Below are positions 1 to 9,519 of a stretch of 64,000 nt of DNA, piece by piece. Origin of the DNA: Nitrosopumilaceae archaeon (GTDB lineage: Archaea; Thermoproteota; Nitrososphaeria; Nitrososphaerales; Nitrosopumilaceae); NCBI GenBank assembly GCA_965200155.1, contig CBDATR010000005.1, forward strand, positions 1 to 64,000, written 5' to 3'. The notes under the pieces were generated by a model, which saw only the letters and a list, made by a program, of their open reading frames with translations, had not been told where the DNA came from and ran no database searches. Each line of letters opens with the position of its first letter. Position 1 is the stretch's first letter. Both the position numbers and the translations under genes were made by a program.

Positions 1-1552
1 ATCCATCCATTATCTCCTTCGTTTTCATTGGACTACGGCCCTGCATAAGGATTTGTAATTGTTGCCAAAATTCGAGATAGAGCGCGTTTTTCGAACACCG
101 AACCACCGGCTTTTCCGCCACCCTGCCTTCGGATGGTCTGGAATCGACCGGCGGAGATTCATCGCCTCTCCGTTGACTCCTGTCCGTTGTTGGATGCTCT
201 ACCTTCGTCACGTACATGGTCTGGCCACCGGAAGTTCTGAGCTGCCATGCCCGGACCACAATGGACTTCCCGATGGATTTGGGGTCGGGTAGAGCCGTCG
301 CCACAACCTGTTTCAAGCCGCCAAGATCCATCTGCTGACTTCCGTTCAGAAGCGCGAGATCACGGAAGACAGACTGAGGATTCCGCAGGAGTTCGACAGG
401 GTTGTCGCCAGCGCCCTCCGGACCCGATGCGATTCGATCTGCGATGCTTCGCAGGTACCCCGCATCCTGAACTTCAAGCCATGGTGAAGGCAGCCATTCG
501 GTACCGGAAAGGCACCCCATGAGCCCTCCGGTCATGGCGGCGAGCGTGTCGGTGTCCGCACCCGTCTCAAAGGCGGCTTCGAGCACTCCCTGAACAGGTT
601 GTGCTGCGTGCCGCGAGGCCAAGTACACGGCAGCGGCGGCACTGCTGGTTCCCGCTCCCTTGGTTCGACCGAAGCATCCAAGGTCTCTCAGGACCGTATG
701 ATCATCTGCGAGCACCCCGGCCTGGAGTCCTTTCCGTGCTTTCTCGAGAAGCACGCCCATCTCACGAACCGTCTGTTGCCAGATCGATTCATAGTGCCCT
801 CCTGTCGCGGTGTCCGCCGCCTCGAACCAAGCCCCCCTGCTTCGGCCTGAATCCGGAAATCTGCTCCACTCGGACGTCTCCCCGATCAGCGCATCCAGCA
901 ACTCGCCGAACCGGAGCGTGTCGCTCCTTCGAGCCAGCCACCACGCGGCGTAGGCGTATACGGTCGCTCCAATGAGCGCGCGCGGGTGACCGTGCGTCGC
1001 CGATCCGTCGAGAATCACGTCATGCATCAGGGCAGTGGGGTCTTCCTGTCCTGCAAGAAACAATGAGTGAGGTAGCACTCGCATGGCGACACCGTTACCT
1101 CCTGCATCGAAGTAACGGCGAATTTCGTCGTTCTTGTCCGACTTCCATGGTGGGCCGCCTGTACACCACGCCTTGGCGGCGCGTTTGGTGGCTCCGCCGC
1201 CGCCACGCTCGTACAGTGTCCAGAGCGGAAGCTCCATTCGCGTAAACGCCTTCCACCATGCCGGGCCGTGGTCGGTTCGGCTGCGCGCGACCGCGAGGGC
1301 GAGCTGCGTATCGTCGCTATAGTCTCCGGGGCGGATGATTTCTTCGTAGGGTCGGAAACGTCCACCACTGCGACGGGTCCATTCCTCGAACTCGACATGC
1401 GGTGCGATGTTTCCGGGTTTGCCCTTGACGTTGCGGGGCATCTCCTGGGGCCAGCCAAGTGCGTCACCGGCTGCGAGTGCAAAAAAAGCTCCCTCGGCCT
1501 TGGCCAACGGTAGCGCAGGTTTGCACGTTTCACGTTCGTTGCTATGGGACAT
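1..1552 (-). CDS. ADP-ribosylglycohydrolase (ARH/DraG family) with C-terminal extension; 3' end beyond window
   Basis: Manual translation from ATG 1552 (AGGAG 6 nt upstream): GAFFALAAGDALG, YSDDTQ, GNGVAMR, THGHP and GADTDTLAAMTGGLMG are the ARH metal-binding motifs. The frame stays open to base 1 (>517 aa), so it is missing from the ORF track. Confidence 0.9.
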   Translation of the reverse strand, partial: MSHSNERETCKPALPLAKAEGAFFALAAGDALGWPQEMPRNVKGKPGNIAPHVEFEEWTRRSGGRFRPYEEIIRPGDYSDDTQLALAVARSRTDHGPAWWKAFTRMELPLWTLYERGGGGATKRAAKAWCTGGPPWKSDKNDEIRRYFDAGGNGVAMRVLPHSLFLAGQEDPTALMHDVILDGSATHGHPRALIGATVYAYAAWWLARRSDTLRFGELLDALIGETSEWSRFPDSGRSRGAWFEAADTATGGHYESIWQQTVREMGVLLEKARKGLQAGVLADDHTVLRDLGCFGRTKGAGTSSAAAAVYLASRHAAQPVQGVLEAAFETGADTDTLAAMTGGLMGCLSGTEWLPSPWLEVQDAGYLRSIADRIASGPEGAGDNPVELLRNPQSVFRDLALLNGSQQMDLGGLKQVVATALPDPKSIGKSIVVRAWQLRTSGGQTMYVTKVEHPTTDRSQRRGDESPPVDSRPSEGRVAEKPVVRCSKNALYLEFWQQLQILMQGRSPMKTKEIMDG

Positions 1553-2242
1553 TCGCATCTCCTGATCCGTGCTTGCGCTCAAGCGGTCTTCTCCCGATGC
1601 GCAGCAATTGACTGAGTCTCCTCGGATCGAAGAACTCGGGAACAATCACGATAGGCGGGGAATTCCGACCAAGGAGCGCCAACCTCGCCACTTCCCTATG
1701 GGCTTGCGCGTCATCACGAACTGCGATGCCTGTCACATATTTTTTTCTACTTTGTCTGGAACCAGTACTTCGGCCTGCTCGTCGGTTGGGAGAAAAGCTG
1801 GATGGGACGGGCCTCGTCTGAGCGTTCGGGAACCCTCGACGGTTCCAGCAAACAACGCCTCGAATGCCTCCGCTCCTTCGCGGATCGATCTCCCGCCACC
1901 GGCTGCGGCGTTGCGAGGACAGAACTTGGTGCCGACATGCCACAGGTAGTGGGCTTCGATCAGAAGTATCACCCAATCTGGAAACAGTGATTCCTTGCTC
2001 CGAGCAGTTCGGAAGTACCAAGCGTTGGGGTATTGGATGGAGCAGCATACGTGATTCGGATGACTATCCCAGCGATTTGAATCCGTCGGATTGAAGACCG
2101 CCTTCTCATCGTTTTCGAGGTGTTGCGAGGCGAGGATTCCCTTGGGGTCCTCCGCGATGTGCGCCAGATTTTGAGAAGGTGTGAAGTGGCAGAGTCGTGT
2201 GATGCCTCGCCGTGTCACGCTACTCCGTATCGAGGCAATCAT
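1542..2242 (-). CDS. darT: DarT (DUF4433) ssDNA ADP-ribosyltransferase, DarT1-like; frameshift at A7 tract 1740-1746
   Basis: Motifs LCHFT, DSNRWDSHP, SIQYPNA, DWVIL, NAA, GAEAFEALF and TDEQAEVLV (catalytic Glu). ORF 1733-2242 stops early; the -1 frame continues to TAG 1542, overlapping the ARH start. Confidence 0.85.
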
Positions 2243-3651
2243 CGTTCCGGCCCTCGGTGGTGGTACAGCCCTTGGTCACTCGGTAAGAGCGGAGCCACTT
2301 GTCTCGAGTATGTCAGCACGAGGGCCGATCTGGCCCGGGTGATCCCTACGTACAGGAGACGAGAATCACGGGCAGTGGCTTCCTTATTACCCACCACTTG
2401 TACGTCGGGCCGGTGGGGCCAATGTCTGCTCGACAGGAAGGGCAGGAATACCGTGTCGAACTCCAATCCCTTGGCGGCATGATACGTGCCGTAAAAGAGA
2501 CCGGGGCGATTGGGCCACTGGTTCAATTCACGATGAAGCCTCGTCGCCCCACTCGTCAGACCACGCCCAAGGGTTCCATTCTCCTGCTCTCGTGTCCTGA
2601 ACAGAATGGCAACCGTTCTCGCCCGGGCCAGTCGGGTCGCCTGTGAGATTATGAATTCTTCCTCTCGCGACTCGTTTGGCAACTGTACGAGTGCCGGCAA
2701 CGGCCCATCGGCGACCGGCGCCGTCGGCTCGACCAGATCCGGGTCATCCGGAAAGCTCGGCATGGCGGCAAGGGAGAGCGCGAGTCGAGAAATCTGTTTC
2801 GTATTTCGGTAGTTCTCCTTGAATCGCCAGATTTGCGGTGCGGTGAGTCCAGCGTCTCGCCAGGACATCCGATGACCGTAGATCTGCTGAGCGATATCGC
2901 CAAAGAAAGTGAGACTTCCATCGTCCGGGATGGCGGCTGCGAGCGAGCGCAACATTTCGGGTGAGAAATCCTGTCCTTCGTCGATGACTACGTGGCGATA
3001 GCGGCGCGTTCCCTGGTCGACTCGAAGTTCGTGGAGGACGGTGCTTGCGAGATCGCTCCAGTCGTAGCACTTGCCGCCGCGCTGGCGATGGTCCAGGTAG
3101 CGTGTGTAGAGACCGAACAGCTCAGAGCGATCGGCCTTTTGAACTCGAGTCGCTGTCCGTCCGATACGTTCCGCCGCAATGTAGTCCCGTTCGTTCGCAA
3201 CGCCCTGCTGCTGGATCCATTGGAACTCATCGTCGAAAAATTCCGCGGGACGTTGCAGTACCGAGCTTTGTACGCCATCGGCCTGCGCCTCGCGCACCGC
3301 ACGACGAATGAAGGACTGCCGTTCCGTTGGATTACAAATGCTATGCCGCGGCAGCTTGTTTCGGAAGGAGAGGTACCCTCGTGCGAAGCGGTGGTAATTC
3401 TCGACCACGACCGGTTGCTGGATGGCGCCAGCCAGATGCTTCACGTAGGTGACCAGACACCGGTTGAATGTCACCAGCAGCGTACGCCCGCCGTGGCAGG
3501 TGGACGGATCGGACAGGAAGAGGGACCGCAGAATGGCGAGTGTCGTCTTGCCGCTGCCGGCCGTGCCGAGTACCACCGTATGGCCGTCGGCGGGCAGGTA
3601 CAAGACCTCTCGTTGCCGCCCGACCGGACGTGGCAGAGAGGGTGTGCTCAT
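2239..3651 (-). CDS. SF1 UvrD/Rep-like helicase
   Basis: GTAGSGKTT, VVIDEGQD, GDIAQQIY, NYRNT, TYHAAKGLEFD, LYVGITRAR; AGGAGG RBS; ATGA overlap with darT. Confidence 0.92.
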   Translation of the reverse strand: MSTPSLPRPVGRQREVLYLPADGHTVVLGTAGSGKTTLAILRSLFLSDPSTCHGGRTLLVTFNRCLVTYVKHLAGAIQQPVVVENYHRFARGYLSFRNKLPRHSICNPTERQSFIRRAVREAQADGVQSSVLQRPAEFFDDEFQWIQQQGVANERDYIAAERIGRTATRVQKADRSELFGLYTRYLDHRQRGGKCYDWSDLASTVLHELRVDQGTRRYRHVVIDEGQDFSPEMLRSLAAAIPDDGSLTFFGDIAQQIYGHRMSWRDAGLTAPQIWRFKENYRNTKQISRLALSLAAMPSFPDDPDLVEPTAPVADGPLPALVQLPNESREEEFIISQATRLARARTVAILFRTREQENGTLGRGLTSGATRLHRELNQWPNRPGLFYGTYHAAKGLEFDTVFLPFLSSRHWPHRPDVQVVGNKEATARDSRLLYVGITRARSALVLTYSRQVAPLLPSDQGLYHHRGPER

Positions 3652-3777
3652 GGGCGGCTGTCCTCCTTGCCTCCTCTTCCGCCATCTTCGGGAACACGCG
3701 CCATCAAGATCATTCTCGGGGTACCTCTTCCTGCCCCCCGTAGCGTTCGGAAGTATACAGGTGAGCGGGCATTCTGG

Positions 3778-5217
3778 GGGGATGTCCCATAGTCTGTTGA
3801 ACTTGATCTGAGAGAGGTGGCGACTCCTTCACCTGTCCTGTGGTAGGACAGGGGTGCTAACCGATAGAAGGAGAAGCCACCATGGCGAAGCATCGCAGTC
3901 CGAAGAATGAAAGCCAAGCCTCGGTTGGGAAGTCGCTGACGGTTGAGGTTGCGCTGCCCGTGCTGGGGGCGCTGAGCGAGACCCGAGAGGCGTTCCATGC
4001 GCTGTGCATCCGTACCGGTCAGCAAGTGCTGCTGGCGATGATGGAGGCGGACCGAGAGGCGCTGTGTGGTCCGAAGGGCCGGCATCAGGCGGGCCGGCAG
4101 TGTTGGCGCGGGGGGAGCACCGCAAGCCGGGTGACGCTTGGGGGCCGCCAGGTGGAGCTGCCTCGCCTTCGGGTGCGAAGCCCCGAGGGTGAGGTGGCAC
4201 TGGCGAGCTTTCAGTGGGCGGCGTCGAGCGACGCGATGGACGCGCACACGCTGGCGGCGGTCGCGGCGGGGGTGTCGACCCGAGACTATCCCAAGCTGCT
4301 GGACCCGATGCCCGAGACGATGGACGAGCGGGGGACCTCGCGCAGCGCGCTCTCGCGCCGATTCGTGGCGTTGTCGCGAAAGCAGATGGGCGAGTTCCTG
4401 TCGCGCCCTCTGGGCGAGCTCGACATCGCGGCGGTGTTCATTGATGCGAAGTACTTCCACGAGCACTGTGTGCTGATAGCGTTAGGCGTTGATTCTCAAG
4501 GGAACAAGCATGTCCTGGGCCTTCGCGAGGGCTCGACGGAGAATACGGCGGTGACTCGCGCCCTGCTCGCCGACCTGGTCGAGCGGGGGCTGCCCACCGA
4601 GCGCTCGGTGCTGTTCGTCATCGACGGGGCGAAGGCGTTGCGCCGGGCCATCGTGGATGTCTACGGCGAACAGGCCGTCATTCAGCGCTGCCAGGTGCAC
4701 AAGATGCGCAATGTGCTGGCTCACTTGCCCGAGCACCAGCACGCGAAGGTTGGGCGCTGCCTGCGCGAGGCCTTCGACAGCCCCTCGGCGGCGCGCGGTG
4801 AGCGGCGTCTGCACAATCTGGCTCGTTCCCTCGAGCGCGACCATCCCGGCGCCGCTGCCTCGGTGCGCGAGGGGCTCGCCGAGACCCTGACCGTCGTGCG
4901 CCTGGGGCTGACCGGTGCCTTGCAGCGCACCGTGCGCTCGACCAACGCCATCGAGAACCTCAACGGCTCGGTGGAGCGCTACACCCGCAACGTCAAGCGA
5001 TGGCGCGGCGGGGAGATGATTCAGCGCTGGGTCAGCGCTGCTCTACTGGAGGCCGAAGGGCGTTTCCGACGGGTGCGGGGCTTCCGTGACATGCCGCGCC
5101 TGATGAGTGTGTTGGAACATCCTTCCGGTCACTTCAAATCATCCCGGAAGGCCGCGTAGAATCCCAAACTCAGGAGCTCGCCACCTCGCGAAGTTCAACA
5201 GCGAACGGGACATCCCC
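3778..5217 (+). mobile_element. IS256-family insertion sequence, complete
   Basis: Imperfect TIRs GGGGATGTCCC..CTGTTGAACTT at both ends; 8-bp TSD CATTCTGG at 3770-3777 and 5218-5225. Confidence 0.93.
3882..5159 (+). CDS. IS256 (Mutator-type) DDE transposase
   Basis: 425 aa; FIDAK, VIDGAKAL, QRCQVHK, STNAIENLN motifs. Confidence 0.95.
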   Translation: MAKHRSPKNESQASVGKSLTVEVALPVLGALSETREAFHALCIRTGQQVLLAMMEADREALCGPKGRHQAGRQCWRGGSTASRVTLGGRQVELPRLRVRSPEGEVALASFQWAASSDAMDAHTLAAVAAGVSTRDYPKLLDPMPETMDERGTSRSALSRRFVALSRKQMGEFLSRPLGELDIAAVFIDAKYFHEHCVLIALGVDSQGNKHVLGLREGSTENTAVTRALLADLVERGLPTERSVLFVIDGAKALRRAIVDVYGEQAVIQRCQVHKMRNVLAHLPEHQHAKVGRCLREAFDSPSAARGERRLHNLARSLERDHPGAAASVREGLAETLTVVRLGLTGALQRTVRSTNAIENLNGSVERYTRNVKRWRGGEMIQRWVSAALLEAEGRFRRVRGFRDMPRLMSVLEHPSGHFKSSRKAA

Positions 5218-5349
5218 CATTCTGGGCCATGGTTGCGGGAGCGCGCTCAGTATGATGAGGGATAGTGGTGGTGCGCGCCGAGGTCTGAACGCATCGGAGT
5301 GTCGGCGAACAGCGACCTCCACATCCGCAGGGTTAGCTCGATAGCGCGC

Positions 5350-5620
5350 TTGGCCGGATGCACGCTGATACGCTGGAGCCCATCGACCAAGTAGGTGGCG
5401 CCGGGTCCGTCAGCTCCACGAACAGGGATTCACGGTGTTGTTCGTCCGTCGCAGCCTGAGCCTCGCCAAGCTTGCGCCGCCACTGGTCGAATGTACTGAG
5501 CGCCAATCCGTTTGCCGCGCAGAATCTGCCTCGGCTTCGACTGGAGCGCTCGAACCGCTCGACCAGAGCCTGCTACTGCGCGGCGCCGCGCCCGACCTCT
5601 CGTACCGCCTGTCTGCCTCA
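5350..5620 (-). pseudogene. IS66 TnpA accessory protein remnant
   Basis: Translation AAQ*QALVERFERSSRSRGRFCAANGLALSTFDQWRRKL...LFVEL matches the TnpA HTH pattern; in-frame TAG where Trp is expected. Confidence 0.6.
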
Positions 5621-5714
5621 TGAGTCCGCTCGCCTCCGTGTCGTGGGCAGCGGCGAGTGAATCAGACGGGACTCCCGATCAGAACAACGGCTCCCTTTGG
5701 CCGCTTACCGGCGA

Positions 5715-6575
5715 TCAGCCGGTGGAAGTGATGGATGTTGCGTCGAATGCGGGGGAAAGTCGCCCGCCGTCGAATGCGGTGTGTGCCAATGCGTCCTGCA
5801 ACCTCTCGACGATGGCGATGTCCTCGACGTTGCCGGTTGCCTGGTCGTTCGCGGCGTAGCGCGCGTTGCCTTGCCCGAAGAAGCGGCCACCTTCCTGGAT
5901 CGGGTAGTGATCCTCCATCGGCGAGTAGCGGTTCAATGCCTTGTGCACGTACGGCAGGTGGTAGTAGTCGATGAAATTCTCCACCGCGAGCTTCCAGTTC
6001 GCCCCGATGTCGTACCTGCGGCTCTCCCCGTGGCGTAGCGCGCGCAGATCGTAGCGTGCCCACCGGCGCTCCAGAGGAGCGATGTAGCTGGAGAACTCCG
6101 GGGCGTCGCCGGAGAGGTTCACGAAGACGAGGCGGTGCCAGACCGCGCCGCGTACTCGTGCGAGCCCATCGACCGGCTTGGCATCCTGTCTGCCCGGACC
6201 GTCGAAGTGTGGTGCGCGTACGAGGCGGCCGTCGAGTGCGTAGGTCCAGGCGTGATACGGGCACGTGAAACGCGAGCGCCCGCGTACCGCCTCGGTGAGG
6301 ATCTTCATGCCGCGATGCCGGCAGTAGTTGTGGAACACATGGACGACACCGGCCATGTCGCGGGTCATGAAGACACTCTTGCCTGCGACCTCCAATGGCG
6401 TGGCATCGCCTGGCTCGGGGACATCGTCCACGAGCCCGATGCAGATCCAGCGGTTCGAGAACAGGGTGCGCCGTTCCAGGTCGAGGACCCGTTCCGCCGT
6501 ATACGCCGACGCCGGCAGGCATCGCGTCCCTTCGATGGGGGCCAGGGCGGCGTCAAGGTCCAGGTCGATGGGCAT
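5715..6575 (-). CDS. Rieske aromatic-ring-hydroxylating oxygenase alpha subunit (choline monooxygenase-like), C-terminal domain shortened
   Basis: CRHRG...CPYHAW Rieske motif, NWKLAVENFIDYYHLPYVH iron site; only 286 aa. Confidence 0.85.
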   Translation of the reverse strand: MPIDLDLDAALAPIEGTRCLPASAYTAERVLDLERRTLFSNRWICIGLVDDVPEPGDATPLEVAGKSVFMTRDMAGVVHVFHNYCRHRGMKILTEAVRGRSRFTCPYHAWTYALDGRLVRAPHFDGPGRQDAKPVDGLARVRGAVWHRLVFVNLSGDAPEFSSYIAPLERRWARYDLRALRHGESRRYDIGANWKLAVENFIDYYHLPYVHKALNRYSPMEDHYPIQEGGRFFGQGNARYAANDQATGNVEDIAIVERLQDALAHTAFDGGRLSPAFDATSITSTG

Positions 6576-6661
6576 GACGGGCGATTCACCGTCGTTCAGG
6601 TGACGCTATGGAGGCACATCGCCTGGCTGCCTCCGCCGAGCCCCGCGCTGCCGTTCCGTGT

Positions 6662-7870
6662 TCACATGTTCGAGTACGGCTCGAGCTCGCGCCGGGCGAC
6701 AGCTTCGAGGTGCACCTCGTCCGGACCATCCGCGAGGCGCAGGGTGCGCTCGTGCGCCCACATCGCGGCGAGCACGGTGTCGCCCGAGACGCCCATCGCT
6801 CCGTGTGCCTGCACCGCGCGGTCGATCACCCGCAGCGCCATCGATGGGGCGATGACCTTGATCATCGAGATCTCCTGTCGTGCCGCCTTGTTCCCGACCG
6901 TGTCCATCATGTGCGCGGCGTTCAGCACCATGAGCCGGGCCTGGTCGATCTCGATGCGCGATCGGGCGATGTCCTGACGGATCGACCCCGTTTCCGAGAG
7001 TCTCCGGCCGAAGGCTTCGCGCGAGAGCACCCGTTCGCACATCAGCGACAGGGCCCGCTCCGCGGCGCCGATCGACCGCATGCAATGGTGGATGCGTCCG
7101 GGTCCGAGGCGTCCCTGAGCGATCTCGAAGCCGCGGCCCTCGCCGAGCAGCAGGTTCTTCACGGGGACCCGGACGTTCTCGAACGTGATCTCCGCATGGC
7201 CATGCGGGGCATGGTCGTAGCCGTAGACCGGGAGGGTGCGCTCGATGGTCACCCCCGGGGTATCACGCGGCACCACGATCATCGACTGCTGCCGGTGCCT
7301 CGGCGCGTGGGGGTCGGTCTTGCCCATGAAGATGAAGACCTTGCAGCGCGGATCGCCGGCTCCGGAAGACCACCACTTGCGCCCGTTCAACACGTAGTGG
7401 TCCCCGTCGCGCTCGATGCGCGAGCGGATGTTGGTCGCGTCCGAGGACGCCACGTCCGGCTCGGTCATGCAGAACGCGGAACGGATCTCGCCCTCCAGCA
7501 GCGGCACCAGCCACTCCCGTCCGATCTCCTCGCTCGCGTAGCGCACCAGGGTCTCCATGTTCCCGGTGTCGGGAGCCGAGCAGTTGAACGGTTCCGCCCC
7601 GATGGCCGAGCGGCCCATCAGCTCGCATAGCGGGGCGTACTCCAGGTTGGTGAGCCCTGCGCCATGTTCGCTCTCGGGGAGGAAGAGGTTCCACAACCCT
7701 TGTGCTTTCGCCTTGGCCTTCAGCGTCTCGATGATTGGCACCGGTCGCCATCGATCGCCTTCGGCGATCTGGCGCGCCGCGAGCGCCTCGTTGGGAAAGA
7801 CATGTTCGTCCATGAAGTGGCTCACGCGCACGTGCAGATCGCGGGCGCGTTCGGTCATCTCGAAGATCAT
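6662..7870 (-). CDS. Acyl-CoA dehydrogenase
   Basis: [41 protein letters not shown]; start re-assigned to ATG 7870 (MIFEM). Confidence 0.95.
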   Translation of the reverse strand: MIFEMTERARDLHVRVSHFMDEHVFPNEALAARQIAEGDRWRPVPIIETLKAKAKAQGLWNLFLPESEHGAGLTNLEYAPLCELMGRSAIGAEPFNCSAPDTGNMETLVRYASEEIGREWLVPLLEGEIRSAFCMTEPDVASSDATNIRSRIERDGDHYVLNGRKWWSSGAGDPRCKVFIFMGKTDPHAPRHRQQSMIVVPRDTPGVTIERTLPVYGYDHAPHGHAEITFENVRVPVKNLLLGEGRGFEIAQGRLGPGRIHHCMRSIGAAERALSLMCERVLSREAFGRRLSETGSIRQDIARSRIEIDQARLMVLNAAHMMDTVGNKAARQEISMIKVIAPSMALRVIDRAVQAHGAMGVSGDTVLAAMWAHERTLRLADGPDEVHLEAVARRELEPYSNM

Positions 7871-8156
7871 TGGGCGGGCTCCAGGTCCGGAATCGGTTGG
7901 CGGCACTGTAGCCCGTCTTCGCGTGGCATCAAGCGCTTTGTCGACCTCGGACGACTGCCGGGGCGAGGATGAGAGGTTCGCCCGGTGCCGATTGAAGCTC
8001 CACGGCAGTTGACACGGCCAGGGACCCCGAGCCGCGGAGCGGTCATTGCCGGGCGGGCTTCCCGGGGGATTTTCACGGCAAAGCTCCGGCCTGCGTAGCG
8101 GTCTGCGGTCATGCTCCTTACACTGGCAGGCCGCGACTTCAGCGAGGACAGAGCTC

Positions 8157-8550
8157 ATGCAGGTGCACGAACTGGTTGCGCGCTGCGCCGCCGCGGTACA
8201 GGGTGAGGATTCGATGAACGCGGTGCGCGGAGTGCTGGAGGAGCTGCGCGGCGATCTCGGTGCAGTGGAGCGGGCGCTCGATTTCGTCTCCGGCGTCGGC
8301 GGTAACGCGAGACAGGTATTTTACCGCTCCCCCAATCTCACCATGCTCAAGGTGTGTTTCCCGTGCGGGCGGCGTACCCCGCCGCACGATCACGGGACGT
8401 GGGCGGTGATCCTGATGCTCTCCGGACAGGAGAAGAACACGCTGTATCGTTGCGACGAGGGCGGCTTGCGCACTGCGAGCGAGGCGATTCTGGAGCGGGC
8501 CGCGATTCTGCCGATGCGGGCGGAGGTGGCGCATGTCGCGGAGTGTGCAG
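8157..8550 (+). CDS. Cysteine dioxygenase-like cupin, truncated at the junction
   Basis: TPPHDHGTW...AHV metal ligands; sequence composition changes immediately afterwards. Confidence 0.7.
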
Positions 8551-9038
8551 GAATACTCTCACACGTTCCTTGTAATGTGCAAGATCTTTCTCGGTAGACG
8601 CAAGGGTATCCTGAAGAAGTTTATTTTCCAGTTCCAATTCCTTATAGGACCGGCGTCTTCTCATTAGATTCTTATTGCAAATTTGGTATTTAAGTAAAAT
8701 ATTGCCATACCAATCTATATCTTAGTGAATGATCAAAACACGTGAACTCATACCCATACCATGCATGTTCGTATTCTTAGAATATGACTGTGTAGAGCCC
8801 ACCAACAATCCAGTGGAGCAGGCTTTGCGATACGCAGTGGTATTCCGCAAGATTAGTGGTCAGATAAAGGGTGGCGAAAGGGCAATGCGCCGCATGTCTA
8901 CATTTGTATCATGTGTTCAGACATGGAGGGCTCAAGGCCTTTCTGTTATGAACGAGGTTGCTGCCAGAATGCAGTTATAATTAAAAAAACTGGGATGCAT
9001 TCTATCTTATTATGTGATCAAAACACGTGAACTCATAC
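8545..9038. mobile_element. Scrambled IS66-family element: left end plus TnpC N-terminus (- strand, 8753 to ~8545) and TnpC C-terminus plus right end (+ strand, 8754-9038)
   Basis: EPTNNPVEQALRYAVVFRKISG is the IS66 TnpC C-terminal motif; identical 24-bp ends TGATCAAAACACGTGAACTCATAC at 8730-8753 and 9015-9038; coiled-coil N-terminus from ATG 8664. Confidence 0.75.
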
Positions 9039-9039
9039 T

Positions 9040-9513
9040 AATTTACACATTATGCACAAGCATACCAGATACAAGAAATTCTTGAAAAATATCTGTCCAT
9101 AATTTCCGTGATATTATAATTCGAATATTACTCATCAGAAAATCCACTAAATTAATGGGTTTTGTGGTAACCGTTTGTATGAGTTCACCTGTGTCTAAAT
9201 TTGCGCATAACTGATCGCGACAGTTAATGTGATTTGTGCATAAGATTCCGGAAGACGTGAACTCATACAATGTGATTTGTGCATAAGATTCCGGAAGACG
9301 TGAACTCATACAACCGTTTAGCTCACTCATGATATACGTCATCAAGATCCGGTCACCCCACTACATGACATTTGCAATCACGGCATACGTTAGTGCTGGC
9401 AGATGCCATTAACATTGGTTTGTTCATGCTTGACTGATTGTGTGCCATAAAATACACCCCAGTTTGAAGCAATATGGGATGTTACTGTCAATCATGCGCA
9501 TAAGGTCTATTGT
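9040..9513. repeat. Segment duplicated in inverted orientation at ~24099-24525
   Basis: Near-identical reverse complement, e.g. ttgcttcaaactggggtgtattttatggcacacaatcagtcaagcatgaacaa. Confidence 0.85.
9177..9311 (-). mobile_element. MITE-A copy (92 bp, 9177-9268) plus duplicated 43-bp end
   Basis: GTATGAGTTCAC TIRs; TSD AACCGTTT at 9169-9176 and 9312-9319. Confidence 0.9.
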
Positions 9514-9519
9514 GTCAGT

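Noticed and set aside
1027-1533. Track ORFs in 59-1533 as genes or a DarG macrodomain
   Set aside because: They are alternate-frame or antisense shadows of the ARH gene; no macrodomain or NADAR motifs
2992-7630. Long ORFs 2992-3792, 3648-4466, 6135-6977 and 6608-7630
   Set aside because: Antisense shadows of real genes in GC-rich DNA
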